Shown here one piece after another: positions 43,280-56,812 of a DNA stretch of 64,000 bases. The notes beneath the pieces were generated by a model, which did not search any database, had not been told where the DNA came from, and was given only the letters and a program-made list of their open reading frames with translations. Position 1 is the first letter of the stretch; each line of letters opens with the position of its first letter. Source of the stretch: the human T2T-CHM13v2.0 reference genome, Homo sapiens; assembly GCF_009914755.1 (NCBI RefSeq), contig NC_060947.1; one strand, written 5' to 3'. The translations under genes and the position numbers were made by a program.

Positions 43280-43985
43280 TTCTAATAATTATAACATAAA
43301 ATAATATATATGTAATTATAACATGATATTTAAGTATTTATATATTAAGTAATAATAAATATGTAATTATACTATATAATTATACATAGAAGCTACATAT
43401 ATATTAGCTATGTAGAATTACATACATATTAACTACATATATAATAGTTATACATAATTGTATACATATTAACTATATATAATTACATATATTAGCTATA
43501 TATAGTTACATATATTAGCTTTATATATTTTTATATATTAGCTACATAAAATTACATATATTTAGCTACGTACATATTAGCTGTATATAATTGCAAACAA
43601 ATTAGTTATATATACATATATTAGCTATATATAGTTACATATGTATTAGCTATATATAAAATTACATATATTAGGTATATATAATTATATATACATTAGC
43701 TATATATAATTACATATATAACCTATATATAATTACATATATTAGCTCTATATATTTACATATATATTAGCTATATATAAAATCGCATATATAAGCTATG
43801 TATAATTACATATATTAGCTAGGTATAATTATGTATATATTAGCTATATGTAATTACTTATATATTAGCTACATATATTAGTTATATGTAATTACATATA
43901 TATTAGCTATTTTTAAAATAAATTTCCTATATAAAATTATACATACTTAGCTACGTATGTACTAGCTATACCTATATCAGCTATA
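43280..43985. repeat. AT-rich minisatellite, unit approximately ATATATTAGCTATATATAATTAC
   Basis: Roughly 20 degenerate units, with TTAGCTA recurring about every 23-27 bp. Confidence 0.9.
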
Positions 43986-46508
43986 CACGGAAAATTTATT
44001 TTCAAAATAATTATCTAATTCCTTGGCATATGAGTGGTATAGAAAAATTTCTACCAAAGTTAGAGAGGGCTTGAGAGAGTCTCACCTAACTATAGGGAAC
44101 CAGAAGTCGTCTGGAGGGTTCTGAGGTCACCTCCAACTGAGAGGCTCTCAGTGGTCTTTGAAATTGAGGTGGACATGCAGAGAGTAACCCAGCTTCTGCA
44201 TGCAGAGAAATGTGCTCCTCTTCAGGCACTCTGGAAAGAGAAAATGAGCTGGGGACTCATCTAGCAGCCACCCAAATTGCAGAGACTCAGCAGAGAGTGA
44301 GCTCGGATTTGCAGCTGCTGCTGCTGAAGTCCAGTCCTTCCACAGAGGCTGCCCTGGGGAAAGCGGCAGTCTGCATTTATTTATGAGGCAGTGCTAAATG
44401 ATTCTCGCAGGCAAGGCTGGCAGAGGCCACCATTCAGTCAATGAAATGCAATCTTTTCAGACTGCCGGTGTTGCCTGGCAGGACTAATACATATCTTGAG
44501 ACTAACGAGGTTCCGTCCAACTTTGACCAAGAGAAATGATATTCTAGATTAGATGATTTGAACCTAGAATGCTCTATCCTTGAAATAATGGCAGGAGTTA
44601 CAATGGGTTTATCTTATAACTCTATCTCCCATTATAAAAAAAAATTACCTTTCTCAAAATACAGATATAATAGTATCGGATCAAACGTGGCAGAAAACAG
44701 ACACAAATTTGTTGGTCCAGGAACATAGACAAATGTGTATGGTTGTTTAGAATTTAGAAATATTAAAAGCTTGCTTCCCTCAGAAATTTAGTGTGTCTGT
44801 TACTCTAGATGTTCACGGATCATAAAGGTAGAGATGACCCTTCAAATAAACAACACAAGGGCAAGAAGGTGACTTGAGCTTCATTTATTTTCTTATTCGA
44901 GCAAGACAACTTCTGCATGGGTGAATTAAATTAGGTGGTTGGGAGCCCAAATGTAATGATATATTTTGTACCTTCAGCCCTCCAGCAAATAATCAGGCAA
45001 ACCAAAAATTTGGCTCAGCCTACAAAACTAATTACTGGGTGCCTTCTCTATAAACAACCACACTGTAGTTTTTGAGTGTGGAAAAATGGGCACCAGGTGG
45101 GACTTTAACTCTGTCAACAAACAAGTATATTCAGTTGTGACCTCTTACACCTTGCTAAGTTTTCAATGCATATTGCAAGAGTCCAACACATGAACACACA
45201 GGTACATACTCACACAATAATGCATCTATAATACAATACATGCTCCAGGTGTTTTTGCTTCTGTGCTCAAAACAGATGTTTGTCTTTAGAAATCATCTTT
45301 GCACAGCATTTCAATCAAAACAGCGATGAAGATACATCACTGCATGCTTGGGGAAAACACCATGTGACATTCATTTTTAGCTAAATCTGTGCCCCCTTGT
45401 CAGAAGGCAAAATGACAGGCTCATGGGTCGAGCACTTTGGAGCTGGCAAAGCTCTTTTGCAGTGTTTATGTGTAGAATTATTTTAAAACATATGCCTAAT
45501 GCACCCCCTATTTGTCACTAATCAGCCATAACACAGCAGGCAAGTTTCTTAATCCTTGTGAAGCCCCATGTACTAATGGATAGAAATGGAAGATGATAAG
45601 GATGAAGATACGTGAACTATCTCATAATACCTCGTGCATAGCATCTATTAAGATGAAGAGGAGGAGGAAGAGGAGCAGAAGAAAGAAGAGGAGGAAGAGG
45701 AAGAGGAGGAGGAATATAAACATATCGAAATACTTTTTTATCTTGGGCTGAATTCTGGAGCAGCAGACCCAAGGGTAAGGTGCTCTTGTGCAGGTGACTT
45801 GTTGAGAGTAATATGTGTTCAAAAGAAAAATTTATGAGAGTAAGCAAGAAAAACAGACTAGGGCAGAGGAGAAATTCAGCAAAGGTGTACCTTTAGCTGG
45901 AGTCTAGCTTCATGCTGATCCTGCAGGGAGGTTTTGAGTGGGAAGAGCACCACAGAATTGTCCTTACTGGGGGATGGGAGGAGGAGGAGGAATATGAGGA
46001 GGAGGAGGAGGAGGAGGAGCAGGAGGAGGAGGACCAGGAGAAATATAAACACGCTAAAATATTTTGCTGTCTTGGTTGAATTTCCTAAAGCTCATCCTGC
46101 TCTATCCTTACTCTAGGGTAAGGAAGCAGATAGGGCAGAGGAAGAAGTTTAGTTAACTTGTAACTTCAGCTAGAGTCTAGTTCTGCCCATCCTACAGGGA
46201 GGTCTTCAATTAAAAAAAGCACCACAGAGCTGCCCTCATTGAGGTAGGCGAGGAGGAGGAGAAGGAAGAGTAGGAGGAGGAAGAGGAGGGGGAGAAGGAG
46301 GAAAAGGAGGAGGAGGAGCAGGAAGAGAAAGAAGAGGACTTGGAATGGGATCACCCAGGAGAGGGCTGTGTAACCTCTTTGACATTCCCAGGCAATTTGA
46401 CTCTTATCAGCCTAGGGTGATATTTCTAAACAAGGGGTGATTTTGCCTATCAGTGGACATGTGGCAATATCTGGAGATGGTTTTGCTTTTCCCAACTGGG
46501 GATGCTAT

Positions 46509-47286
46509 TGTAACCTCCCAGTGGGTTTACCTTGTCTGCTGCCTAGACAGAGTCGATTTAACAAGACAGGAGAATTGCAATAAAGAAATAGTAATTCACG
46601 CAGAGCCGGCTGTGCTAGAGACTAGAGTTTTATTATTACTCAAATCAGTCTACCCCGAGCATTCGGGGATCGGAGTTTTAAGGATAATTTGGGGGCCAGG
46701 GGCTTCGGAAGTGGGGAGTGCTGATTGGTCAGGTTGGAGATGGAATCATAGGGGGTTGAAGTGAGGTTTTCTTGCTGTTTTCTGTTCCTGGGTGGGATGG
46801 CAGAACTGGTTGAGCCAGATTACCTGTCTGGGTGCTGTCAGCTGATCGATCCAGTGCAGGGGCTGCAAAATATCTCAAGCACTATCTTAGGTTATACAAT
46901 AGTGACGTTATCCTCAGAAGCAATTTGAGGAGGTTCAGACTCTTGCAGACAGACGTTATCCTCAGAAGCAATTTGAGGAGGTTCAGACTCTTGGAGACAG
47001 AGGCTGCATGACCCCTAAACGGCAATTTCTAATCTTGTAGCTAATTTGTTAGTCCTGCAAAGGCAGACTGGTCCCCATGCAAGAAGGGGGTCTTTTTGTG
47101 AAAGGGCTATTATCAATTTTGTTTCAGAGTCAAACCATGAACTGAATTCCTTCCCAAAGTTAGTTCGGCCTATGCCCAGGAACGAACAAGGGCAGCTTAA
47201 ATGTTAGAAGCAAGATGGAGTCAGTTAGGTCTGATTACTTTCTCTGTCATAATTTCCTCCATTACAATTTTGCAAAGGTGGTTTCA
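46509..47286 (-). mobile_element. LTR8A-like ERV1 solo LTR
   Basis: TGTAACC..TTTGCAAAGGTGGTTTCA termini; 4-bp TSD CTAT/CTGT. Confidence 0.9.
46904..46999. repeat. 48-bp tandem duplication inside LTR8
   Basis: GACGTTATCCTCAGAAGCAATTTGAGGAGGTTCAGACTCTTG(C/G)AGACA x2, 47/48 identical. Confidence 0.96.
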
Positions 47287-47605
47287 CTGTTGGCATTTAG
47301 TGGGTGGAGTCCAAGGAGGCTACTAAACATCCCCTAATGCAGAGCAGAGCCTCCATCACAAGAAATTACCAACTTCAAATGTCAACAGGAACAAGGCTGG
47401 AGAAACTTGAAGGATACAGTTCTGGAAAAGAACGAAGCTGTGTGTGATTAGCAGCCAATACTCACAGGTTCTAGTGACTACATGTGGTATCCCCGTGAAG
47501 GGACTGAATCTGAAATGGATAACAACAGTATCCACTAGAGTTGGTATACTCTAGACACCATGTGTTTCATATGTTTCAGTTTTATACACACACACATATA
47601 TTTTA

Positions 47606-48386
47606 TTTATTTATTTTCTTTTTATTATTATACTTTAAGTTCTAGGGTACATGTGCACAACGTGCAAGTTTGTTACATATGTATACATGTGCCATGTTGG
47701 TTTGCTGCACACACTAACTCGTCATTTACATTAGGTATATCTCCTAATGCTATCCCTCTTGCCTCCTCCCACCCCACGACAGGCCCCGGTGTGTGATGTT
47801 CCCCTTCCTGTGTCCATGTGTTCTCATTGTTCAATTCCCAACTATGAGTGAGAACATGCAGTGTTTGGTTTTCTGTCCTTGTGATAGTTTGCTCAGAATG
47901 ATGGTTTCCAGTTTCATCCATGTCCCTACAAAGGACATGAACTCATCCTTTTTTATGTCTGCATAGTATTCCATGGTGTCTATGTGCCACATTTTCTTAA
48001 TCCAGTCTATCATTGATGGACATTTGGGTTGGTTCCAAGTCTTTGCTATTGTGAATCATGCCGCAATAAACATACATGTGCATATGTCTTTATAGCAGCA
48101 TGATTTATAGTCCTTTGGGTATATGACCAGTAATGGGATGGCTGGGTCAAATGGTGTTTCTAGTTCTAGATCCCTCAGGAATCTCCACACTGTCTTCCAC
48201 AATGGTTGAACTAGTTTACAGTCCCACCAACAGTGTAAAAATGTTCCTATTTCTCCACATCCTCTCCAGCACCTGCTGTTTCCTGACTTTTTAATGATCG
48301 CCATTCTAACTGGTGTGACACGGTATCTCATTGTGGTTTTGATTTGCATTTCTCTGATGGCCAGTGATGATGAGCATTTTTTCATG
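47606..48386 (-). mobile_element. L1PA5/6-like 3' end
   Basis: Antisense ORF2 C-terminus and 3' UTR; TSD CACACACACATATATTTTA at 47587-47605 and 48387-48405. Confidence 0.94.
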
Positions 48387-48432
48387 CACACACACATATA
48401 TTTTAAAATGTTTTATATATGCCCGTGCAAGG

Positions 48433-48827
48433 TGTCAGAGGCCCCTGTAGCAGAGTGGTTGGCTCACAGGTGGTAAAAAGAATTTACAGACAACGGTATA
48501 GGTTTGAAAAAGAAAGTTGTATTAGAAAGAACACTGCAGCAGAGTGAAGAGGGGTGAGCTTCGGCAAGGGAGGACCCAGTGCACTGTGGTGGATTTTCTT
48601 TAAGGTTACTTACGGACCTTGGAGCAGGAGCTGAAGGATAATTCCAGCCATATTTGTTACGTAGACATTTTGGTGCCTTGATGTCAGCAAAGGTTGCACA
48701 ATGGGTTTGGACATGCGTACATTCTAGAGATGTATAGAAATTCTAGTTACTTATAAATTTCTTCTTGAATGCCTCAGATAAGGGGTTTTGCCTCCAGATG
48801 GTCATCAAGTGATCTTTACTCTCCTCA
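48433..48827 (-). mobile_element. ERV1 LTR (MER84/MER83-like)
   Basis: TG..CA termini; CCTCAGATAAGGGGTTTTGCCTCCAGATGG..CTCTCCTCA block; no clear TSD. Confidence 0.6.
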
Positions 48828-49869
48828 GTATATATATGCAAAATGATTTGTTTCTTGCCATTTAAAAAAGGAAACATTACTGCATTGATATATCTATTTT
48901 ATGAAATAATCAAAATTTGAAAAATTACTCTTGACTCTTGTTCAAGGGTGAAACATAAATAGGTCAACATTAGGTAGTATGTCTAAGAAGAGAAATACTA
49001 TTATAAAAGTATCAATGCAAACTAAGAAAAAATACTTCAAATTTGACCATTTTAAAAAATATATAAAAATCTAGTGGTAGGATCTATCTTTGAATGACCT
49101 GGCTCTTCTCAGAAATCTAGTGATAAAATGTGGAATTGTGGTGTGTCATTTGCCTACTCTAGAGAAATTTCAAAGTGGCAGGTATGCACAAAAAGTGGTG
49201 TCATGGGGTTGCAGAATAAATAATAATTCAGAGCTGAGATGAGGAGAATCAGACATGTACTGGGTATAGGTGTAATTATGTAAAAGGACAGAGTCAAAAA
49301 AACAGAAAAAGTTCAGGGAATTAATTGCTAAAGTATCAAAGAAGTTTTTCTGGGAATATTAACATTTCGATTTTAACAAGTAAATTTTAACTACTTAGTA
49401 GCAGGAAATAATCTGCCTTCTTGTTTCAAGTGGTGATATAATTGAGTTTCTTGAAGCATGTTGTAATTGAAGTGTTACTCAGCATGGCTGGCATCCAAGG
49501 ACGCACATAAAAGGTGCTCATATCTTAGTGAGTCTTCCAGGGACCTGGTTCTGAGTCCCAGGTTGCAAGTCTGGAAAACCAACTTTGTTCATTCCCCTGC
49601 ACTTCCTCAGATGCCAAAGTGAGTGGAAAGGAAGACGGAACTCATACAGAAATTGAACCCGGAGGAGAGGTGCACACCCAACAAAATATCCTTCCGTGAA
49701 TTTTCCACGTCTTCAAAATAACTGGAATGTTGATGCTGTAATTGCAGGTGTGTTTAAAGAGAATAAAATGGAAACAAAAGGAACCAGATGGTCTTGGTGC
49801 TATGGAGATTCTAATTTTGTATGCCCCAATCTGCAATCATCTGTGCTTTGTTGGAGCAGGAGTATGCTG

Positions 49870-50234
49870 CATGAAACGTTAGCTTTCTGTGCCAACTTGG
49901 CTTGGCCATAACACTCAGCTCCTTAATCAAACACTAATATAGGTGTGGCTGTGAAGGACTTTTGTGGATGTCATTAACAACCACAATCGGTTGACTTTAG
50001 GAGGATAATGGGAGTGAGTCTCATCCAATAATAGTTGAAAGTCCTTAAGAGCAAAAACAGGTTTTGTGAATAATAAGAAATTCCGCCTCAAGACTGCAGC
50101 ATCACTTCATGCCTGAATCCCCAGCCCGCAGCCTTGCCCTAGCTTTTGGATGTGCCAGCCGCTACGGTCACATGAACCCATGCCTTCCAAGAAACTTCTT
50201 TGGTTCTGTTTCTCTGCAGATCCCAATCTAATAG
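49870..50234 (+). mobile_element. Old MLT2-type LTR
   Basis: TGTGCCAACTTGGCTTGGCCA, AATCAAACACTAATATAGGTG, TTGGTTCTGTTTCTCTG..CTAATA. Confidence 0.75.
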
Positions 50235-50532
50235 ATTGGGTCTCTCTCCATTGTAGAGTTCCTAAGCTTTGCTTACACAGCACATAAATCCTCATAGATT
50301 TGAAGTAAGTTTTTTTTTCATGGAGGACTTGATCAGGTATAACCTTTAACAAAGTTAACTTTTAATTTCACAAGTAATACGTGGACCGATTCTGTTTGTG
50401 AAAGGTCCAAAATTATAGATAATCCTAAGGCACACTGAATCATCATGTCTAATTATAAATCCCTCTCCAAAAGTAAACACCATTATCAATTTGATATGTC
50501 TCATGCTGGAGCAGCATTTCTGTAGTTATGAA

Positions 50533-50938
50533 TATCTACCTATCCATCTATCAAATGTATATATCCATACATACCTTTTATCTTTCTGTACATCTTTCCA
50601 TCCATCTATCTTTAACATCTGTCTATACATCTATTTATCCATTTATACATGTACTCTACTTAATTCTATTATCTACATATCTATGTATCTAATATTTATC
50701 TCTATACCTATTATCTAGTGGTATATCTCTCTATGAATCTATCCTTAACACCTATCTATTCACCCATCCATCTATTCATGCAACCATCCACTCTCTATCT
50801 ATCTATGCATTCTATCATCTATCTACCTATCTACTCTATCATCTATCTATCATCTATCTACCTATCTACTCTATCATCTATCTCTGTCTATCTATCATCT
50901 ATCTACTTATCTAATATATTATCTATCTATCTCCTATC
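50533..50938. repeat. Degenerate (TCTA/TCCA)n tract
   Basis: Directly visible. Confidence 0.9.
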
Positions 50939-51019
50939 AAAAATTCACACCAAAGAAATATGGAAGTCTGTGAATCTATAAATTACATTGAGAAAAAAAG
51001 AAATACTAAAGTAATTCTG

Positions 51020-52150
51020 TGGTTACTGATTGTTTTTGTGTGTGTCATACGCAAAGCTGCGTTTATTCTGCAACAGCTTATTTCCCAACATAACCCTTAA
51101 AATTCCTTCTCCACCACAGTACATAAGCATGCGTTATCATTTTATCTGCTGTATAATGTTCCCTGCCATGTTGCATTTTGCCTTTGTCCTTCCTGTGGGT
51201 GTCTATGTCATTCCAAGGCATGCACTGTTAGAAGCAAAGCCATGAAGCATATCTTTACACATGCTTCTTGGAGCATGTTTTTCTAAAATGGGCCATGAGA
51301 AATAGAATTGCTGAATCAGAGAAACTGATTTTGTTTAACTATAATAGCTTCTACCAAATTAACCTCAAAAATATCAGCAAATTTGCATTTACACCAAGCA
51401 CTTAATTCCCTACTCCAGGCCTGATTTTATCGTACTTTTGAAATGTTTGCTAATCTGATGAGAGAAAATTGTGCTTCCCTTATTAATAATAAGGTTAAGT
51501 AGCATTTAGTATTTAATTTGTATTTTTGTAATCCCGAATAAATTGATCATATTTTGATAATTTTTTTCATTAGTGGCTTCCTTTGTATTGTGAGGAGGTT
51601 TTTAAGCATAGATTCTGGACATACAGTCAGGTACTGCATAACAATATTTCAGTCATTGATGAGCCACAATTCCACACTGTTCCCATGAGATTATAAAACC
51701 ACGTTTCTACTGTACCTTTTCTGTGTTTAGATACATACACAAATATTTGCCACTGTGTTATGGTTGCCTACAATATTCAGTACAGTAACATTTTGCATAG
51801 GTTTGTAGCCTCGGGGCAATAGGCTGTACCATGTAGGCGAGGTGTGTAGTAGGCTATACCACCTAGATTTGTGTAAGTACACTCTGTGATGTTCACACAA
51901 AGATGATTAAATTGCCTAATGACACATTTATCAGAACATAGCCCTGTTGTTAAGCAACACATAACTGTAGTTTGTTGTGAGTTTTTAATGTTGAGGTAAC
52001 CAAATGATTCAATATTTTCATGAGTAGCTTTTGGTTATTGCAGCCTTTTTAAAGAGGAGTTTCTCTGCCTTCAAGATTATAACATCATCTCTTCTTTCAT
52101 TATTGTTATGTATTCCATGTTTTTCATATTGAGGTTTTTAACAGATCTAA
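51020..52150 (-). mobile_element. Ancient L1ME-type fragment hosting Tigger3a
   Basis: GAAATAGAATTGCTGAATCAGAG, TTTGCTAATCTGATG; T-rich; boundaries vague. Confidence 0.55.
51624..51967 (+). mobile_element. Tigger3a (MER7A)
   Basis: TA-flanked CAGTCAGGTACTGCATAAC and GTTAAGCAACACATAACTG termini; GTGTAGTAGGCTATACCA. Confidence 0.9.
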
Positions 52151-52157
52151 AATAGTA

Positions 52158-52159
<2 letters not shown>

Positions 52160-52206
<47 letters not shown>

Positions 52207-52225
52207 TGAGACAGAGAGAGAGAGA
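52160..52225. repeat. (TG)n(GA)n compound microsatellite
   Basis: Directly visible. Confidence 0.95.
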
Positions 52226-53081
52226 AAATTCACTCTGATTTATTCCGTGGCAGGAAACTAAAATATTTAAATTATCAACCTATTTAATGCTAACAATAAT
52301 TTGAAAAAATAAGGGCTATCATTGCCATATTTTATTTTCCCTTAATTGTTTAAAACATATTTAAGCTAGTGTCACAGAAAATAAATCTAATGATGATTCT
52401 GTGGTTTTATAGATAATTTTCCCATACGAAAAGCTTTTGGTATTTTTTTGATGTTGTTGTTATTCTACTACTTCTGAAATTCCACAACAATATGTGTGAC
52501 TTACTTATTTACTTAGGTATTTATCACACTGGGCACTAAGTCCATTCTTTATGCTTTTCTTTACTTCTACAGAAGTGTATATTATTTGATTCTCTAATTA
52601 TTAACTCCCACTGTACTTTCTAGTATCTCTTTCTAGAACTATTAATGCAGATATTTTGCAAACTGTGGATTTAATGTATATCTCTTCATTTCTACTTCTA
52701 CTTTTCAAATTCATGCCTTCTGGGCTGAATTCTGAGAATGTTCTTCAGCAAAAACTTACACTCCATTTTACCCCTCCTTCAACTATATATTTTTTATTAG
52801 TTACCCAACCTCCTAAGATTTTTTTTTGTTTGCTAAAGACAAATGTTTAAATCTTTAGATGATATTTAAAAATACTATTTAAGGAAGGCAACATCACATC
52901 ACACACTTGAGGATCATTCATATATTTCCAATAAACTTTGTAACTTGCTCAATTATCTGTGCTTCGTAGGTTCAATGTTGTTTTGAGTTAGTTGAATTTG
53001 TTTCTCTCTTTTATCTATTCACTTTCCTTCAGCATGTGGTTATTTACCACTGTACACCAAGTGTGTGAATTCCATTAGATC

Positions 53082-53570
53082 ACCTCTGCTCTCTTTGTCC
53101 CCCGCCCCTCCTCCTCCTCCTCCTCCTCCTCCTCCTCCTTCTTCTTCTTCTTCCTCTTCCTCTTCTTCCTTTCTCTCTCTCTCTCTCTCTCCTTTTCCCT
53201 CTGTCTCTCTGTCAATCTCTCTTCCTTTTCTATTCAGCCTGGATGGAGACAGGATGTAGGTGGTGCTGTCTTTCTCCCTCCCTCTCTCCCCTCTGTCTTT
53301 CCTCTTTCTTTTCTCCTCCTCCTCTCTCTGTCTCTCTCCCCTTCTCTCCTCTCTCTTCCTCTCTCTCTTTTCTCCCTCTTTTCCTCTCTCTCCTCTGTCT
53401 CCCTGCCTCTCTCTCTCCTCTCTCTTTCATTTATCTCTCTCTTCTCTCTCATCTCTCTCTCTTTCTTTCCCCTACCTCTCTTCCCTTCTGCTTCTCCTCT
53501 TCGTCCCCCTCTTCCCTTTCATTTTCTTCCCTTTCCTTCCCCCTCTCCTTCTCTGTTTCCCTCTTCTATT
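53082..53570. repeat. CCT/CTT/CT-rich pyrimidine tracts
   Basis: Directly visible. Confidence 0.93.
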
Positions 53571-54864
53571 CAGCCTGCAAGGATACAGGTTGGAGGTGTC
53601 AAGCCCAATGAAGCTGATTCATCTGAGCACGAGAGCTAACCACCTCTTCTGTGCGCTGCCATCCACCTTGGTCTCTGCTACCACTATCCTTCCCAAGCTT
53701 CCACAGCTATTGTTCCTACTTGGAGGCAAGTGCACCTGCTTCTCATTATTCTTTCCTTTCTGACTGCACCTTGACCTCCCTGCTAGATTTTTCTGGCTTA
53801 CCTTCTGCTTCATGTATAGACAAAATACCTGTATTACCGTGGCCTCTTTCCACAGTGTCTGTTCTTATAGAACAAAGTTCAAAACAAAAGGCATCTGCTT
53901 GATATATGTCAGAGTCCTTTTTAATCCACCAAGGACAACTTTTATTATTTTCCAACATGGTATTTGAAACATTTTATGTCCTGACAAGTGTCTGACATAT
54001 ATGAGGATTTGATGTGGGAGAGGAAAAGAAAAATCTACAGTGTATGATTTTTCTGCTCTCTGGAAGTAAAAGTCCAATGTACAAAGTTAGACAAATAGTA
54101 CATGTTATGAGTGGAGGGATTTTGTCCTCTGAGAAGGTGTTTCCTTTGATGAATAAATGTATGTTGTTCAAATATATTGTTACTTGCTCTATATAGGATA
54201 ATTTCATCTCTCTTTTTGAATATGAATGAAATTGGCCTTTATTCTATTCTATTTAAATACTGGCACTTACATTTTAAAACAGTGGACAATATGAATTTAT
54301 ATATTCATGGTTACCTTCATTTTTTCTCTACCCACATTTTGAGGGGAATGGGATACAAGCATTTGAGATCATCACCCTGATGACGAAATACTGGGGAGAA
54401 ATTCAGTCCCTGAATATCCAGTACGCTAGGCATGGACTTTCTCAGAAATATCAATGCCCTGAGCAGCAACAACAATAAAACTTTGCACGGATAGTGTCAA
54501 TGTCTGGATTGCTTAGTCTTCACAGTACAGCAATCAAATCGGTTCTAGTAATAAAATAATTTGCTCTACTTTATACTTTTTAATAAAATTTGATTTCTCT
54601 GGGCCATATTATGCTTATTAGAAAGTAGAAGCTATTCTTGGACTCTGCTCAGATGCTATTATGGAGGGAGAGTCAATGCAGTGTACTGTGAATGGTCCAA
54701 ACTCACTTCCTAATTTGATTTCACTTGCCAGTGTATCACTCAATTAAATAAATAGGAACCAGTGTGAGGCAAAATTGAAATGCTTTTACTACGTTGCTCT
54801 TTGCAGTGTGCTAAAAGTATTTCATCTACCTTCCCTTTCTCATTTTCCCAATACTGCCATGGGT

Positions 54865-54960
54865 GATATATTTAATTATTCCCTTTACAGATAAAAAACT
54901 GGAACCAGAGATTCATGACATGATATAACTTGCCAAAGAACCCTTATCTAGTAAATCCTT
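54865..54960 (-). mobile_element. MIR fragment
   Basis: ATTATTCCCTTTACAGATAAAAAACTGG..TAACTTGCCAAAG. Confidence 0.6.
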
Positions 54961-55667
54961 TGGTTTCAAGGAAGGACATAACTGGATGCAAAATAACTAG
55001 TGCCCAATTTAGTTATGGTGGGAAGTTTATCATTTCAGTTACTGCTATAGCTAATAAATCAAGAGTAGACCTAACCTTTGGGTCTCTAAAGACCACAGCA
55101 TCTTGGAATGATGCTCAAGTATCCCCCAGGCAGGATGTAGCAATAAAAAGTAAAGGGATCCTGTGAAGAGTGATTCGGTTGGATGCAACAACACTTAAGA
55201 AAACATATGCTGATAAATTAGGCATAAAAAAATCAATCAAAACCAAACAATATTATGTCATGAAATAAATTCCTGGATTTTTATAAAAGTCTAAAGAGTT
55301 ATAAAAAATTTAAGATCTGAACCCTAAACTATGCCACATATTCTTGCAATAAAATATAACTCACACTATTTTCAAATTAAACAGCTTCCAATCTCCAGCT
55401 CCCAAAACAAAACAATACTAAAAGCTAGCAATGGGCAATGGCTTTTTTTTTTTTAGATGTCTTAGATCGATCAGGAACCTGACATTAAGGAACTGGCCAA
55501 TCCTGGAGTGATCACAGCCTTTGTGCAAAATAACATCTTTTGCACTCTAGTAAATGTGCCTGGATTTAGTGTCACATAAACTTGGGTTTTGAGATTATTT
55601 TTACAGTTAAAACATTTAATTAACTTCAGAGATTATCACCAGTAACTTGACATTATTGGCATTGAGT

Positions 55668-56165
<498 letters not shown>

Positions 56166-56812
56166 AGGTGCCAATGTTCCCGGCCAATGTAGGAAGCAAT
56201 GAACATGACTCCTCTTCAGCCACTTTTAAGTTTATGGAAAAGACCCAACAACATAGTTGGAGCCTTTTAAATTCACTTCCCTCCTTCATGTTTGGTCTTC
56301 CTTGTGACAAAAGGTCCAAATAAGCAACACACTGTAATTTATTCATGCAATGTCTTCTCAGCACACCTGGTTGGCTGCAATTCCTCTTGCTGTCATGAAT
56401 CCAGGGGCTTAGGTGGGCCAGGAGATGCCACTGGAGAACAAGTGCATTCTATGACTTAAGAATCATGCTCTTCTTGACTGTTGAAGACCACAGCAAAACG
56501 AGCCACTGTTGGATGACCTCTCTAACCCAGATGTTTCATTAACACTCATTTAAATAATGCATTGCTCTTCTTAGCCATCTCTCACCCTGTTTTTTTAGTA
56601 TCTTACGTGGATTGTCCACCTACATTAAAGAACATTAACAACTACAATTGATGACATGAGTAGGTGGATCTGATTTTTTTTAATTTTAGATGTATATATA
56701 TGTGCATATAAATAACTAATACATAATATAATACATTACATTATATATTAATATGTAACACTATGTAAATATATAATATAGTAAATAATATAAAATAAAT
56801 AAGTATATATAT

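Larger units (their letters stand above)
46417..47409 (+). mobile_element. MER20 split by LTR8 (pieces about 46417-46508 and 47287-47409)
   Basis: GGGGTGATTTTGCC..GGACATGTGGCAATATCTGGAGA and TGGCATTTAGTGGGTGGAG..CTAAACATCC..AAATGTCAA..GAGAAAC. Confidence 0.88.
45735..47480 (-). mobile_element. LTR16C-like ERVL LTR, partly duplicated and interrupted by MER20/LTR8
   Basis: TCTTGGGCTGAATTCTGGAGCAGCAGACCC, CAGCTAGAGTCTAG, CACCACAGAG, and a distal AGCTGTGTGTGATTAGCAGCCAATACTCACAG block. Confidence 0.6.

Noticed and set aside
43280-43985. CRISPR-like repeat-spacer array
   Set aside because: Degenerate AT minisatellite without unique spacers; eukaryotic context and no cas genes.
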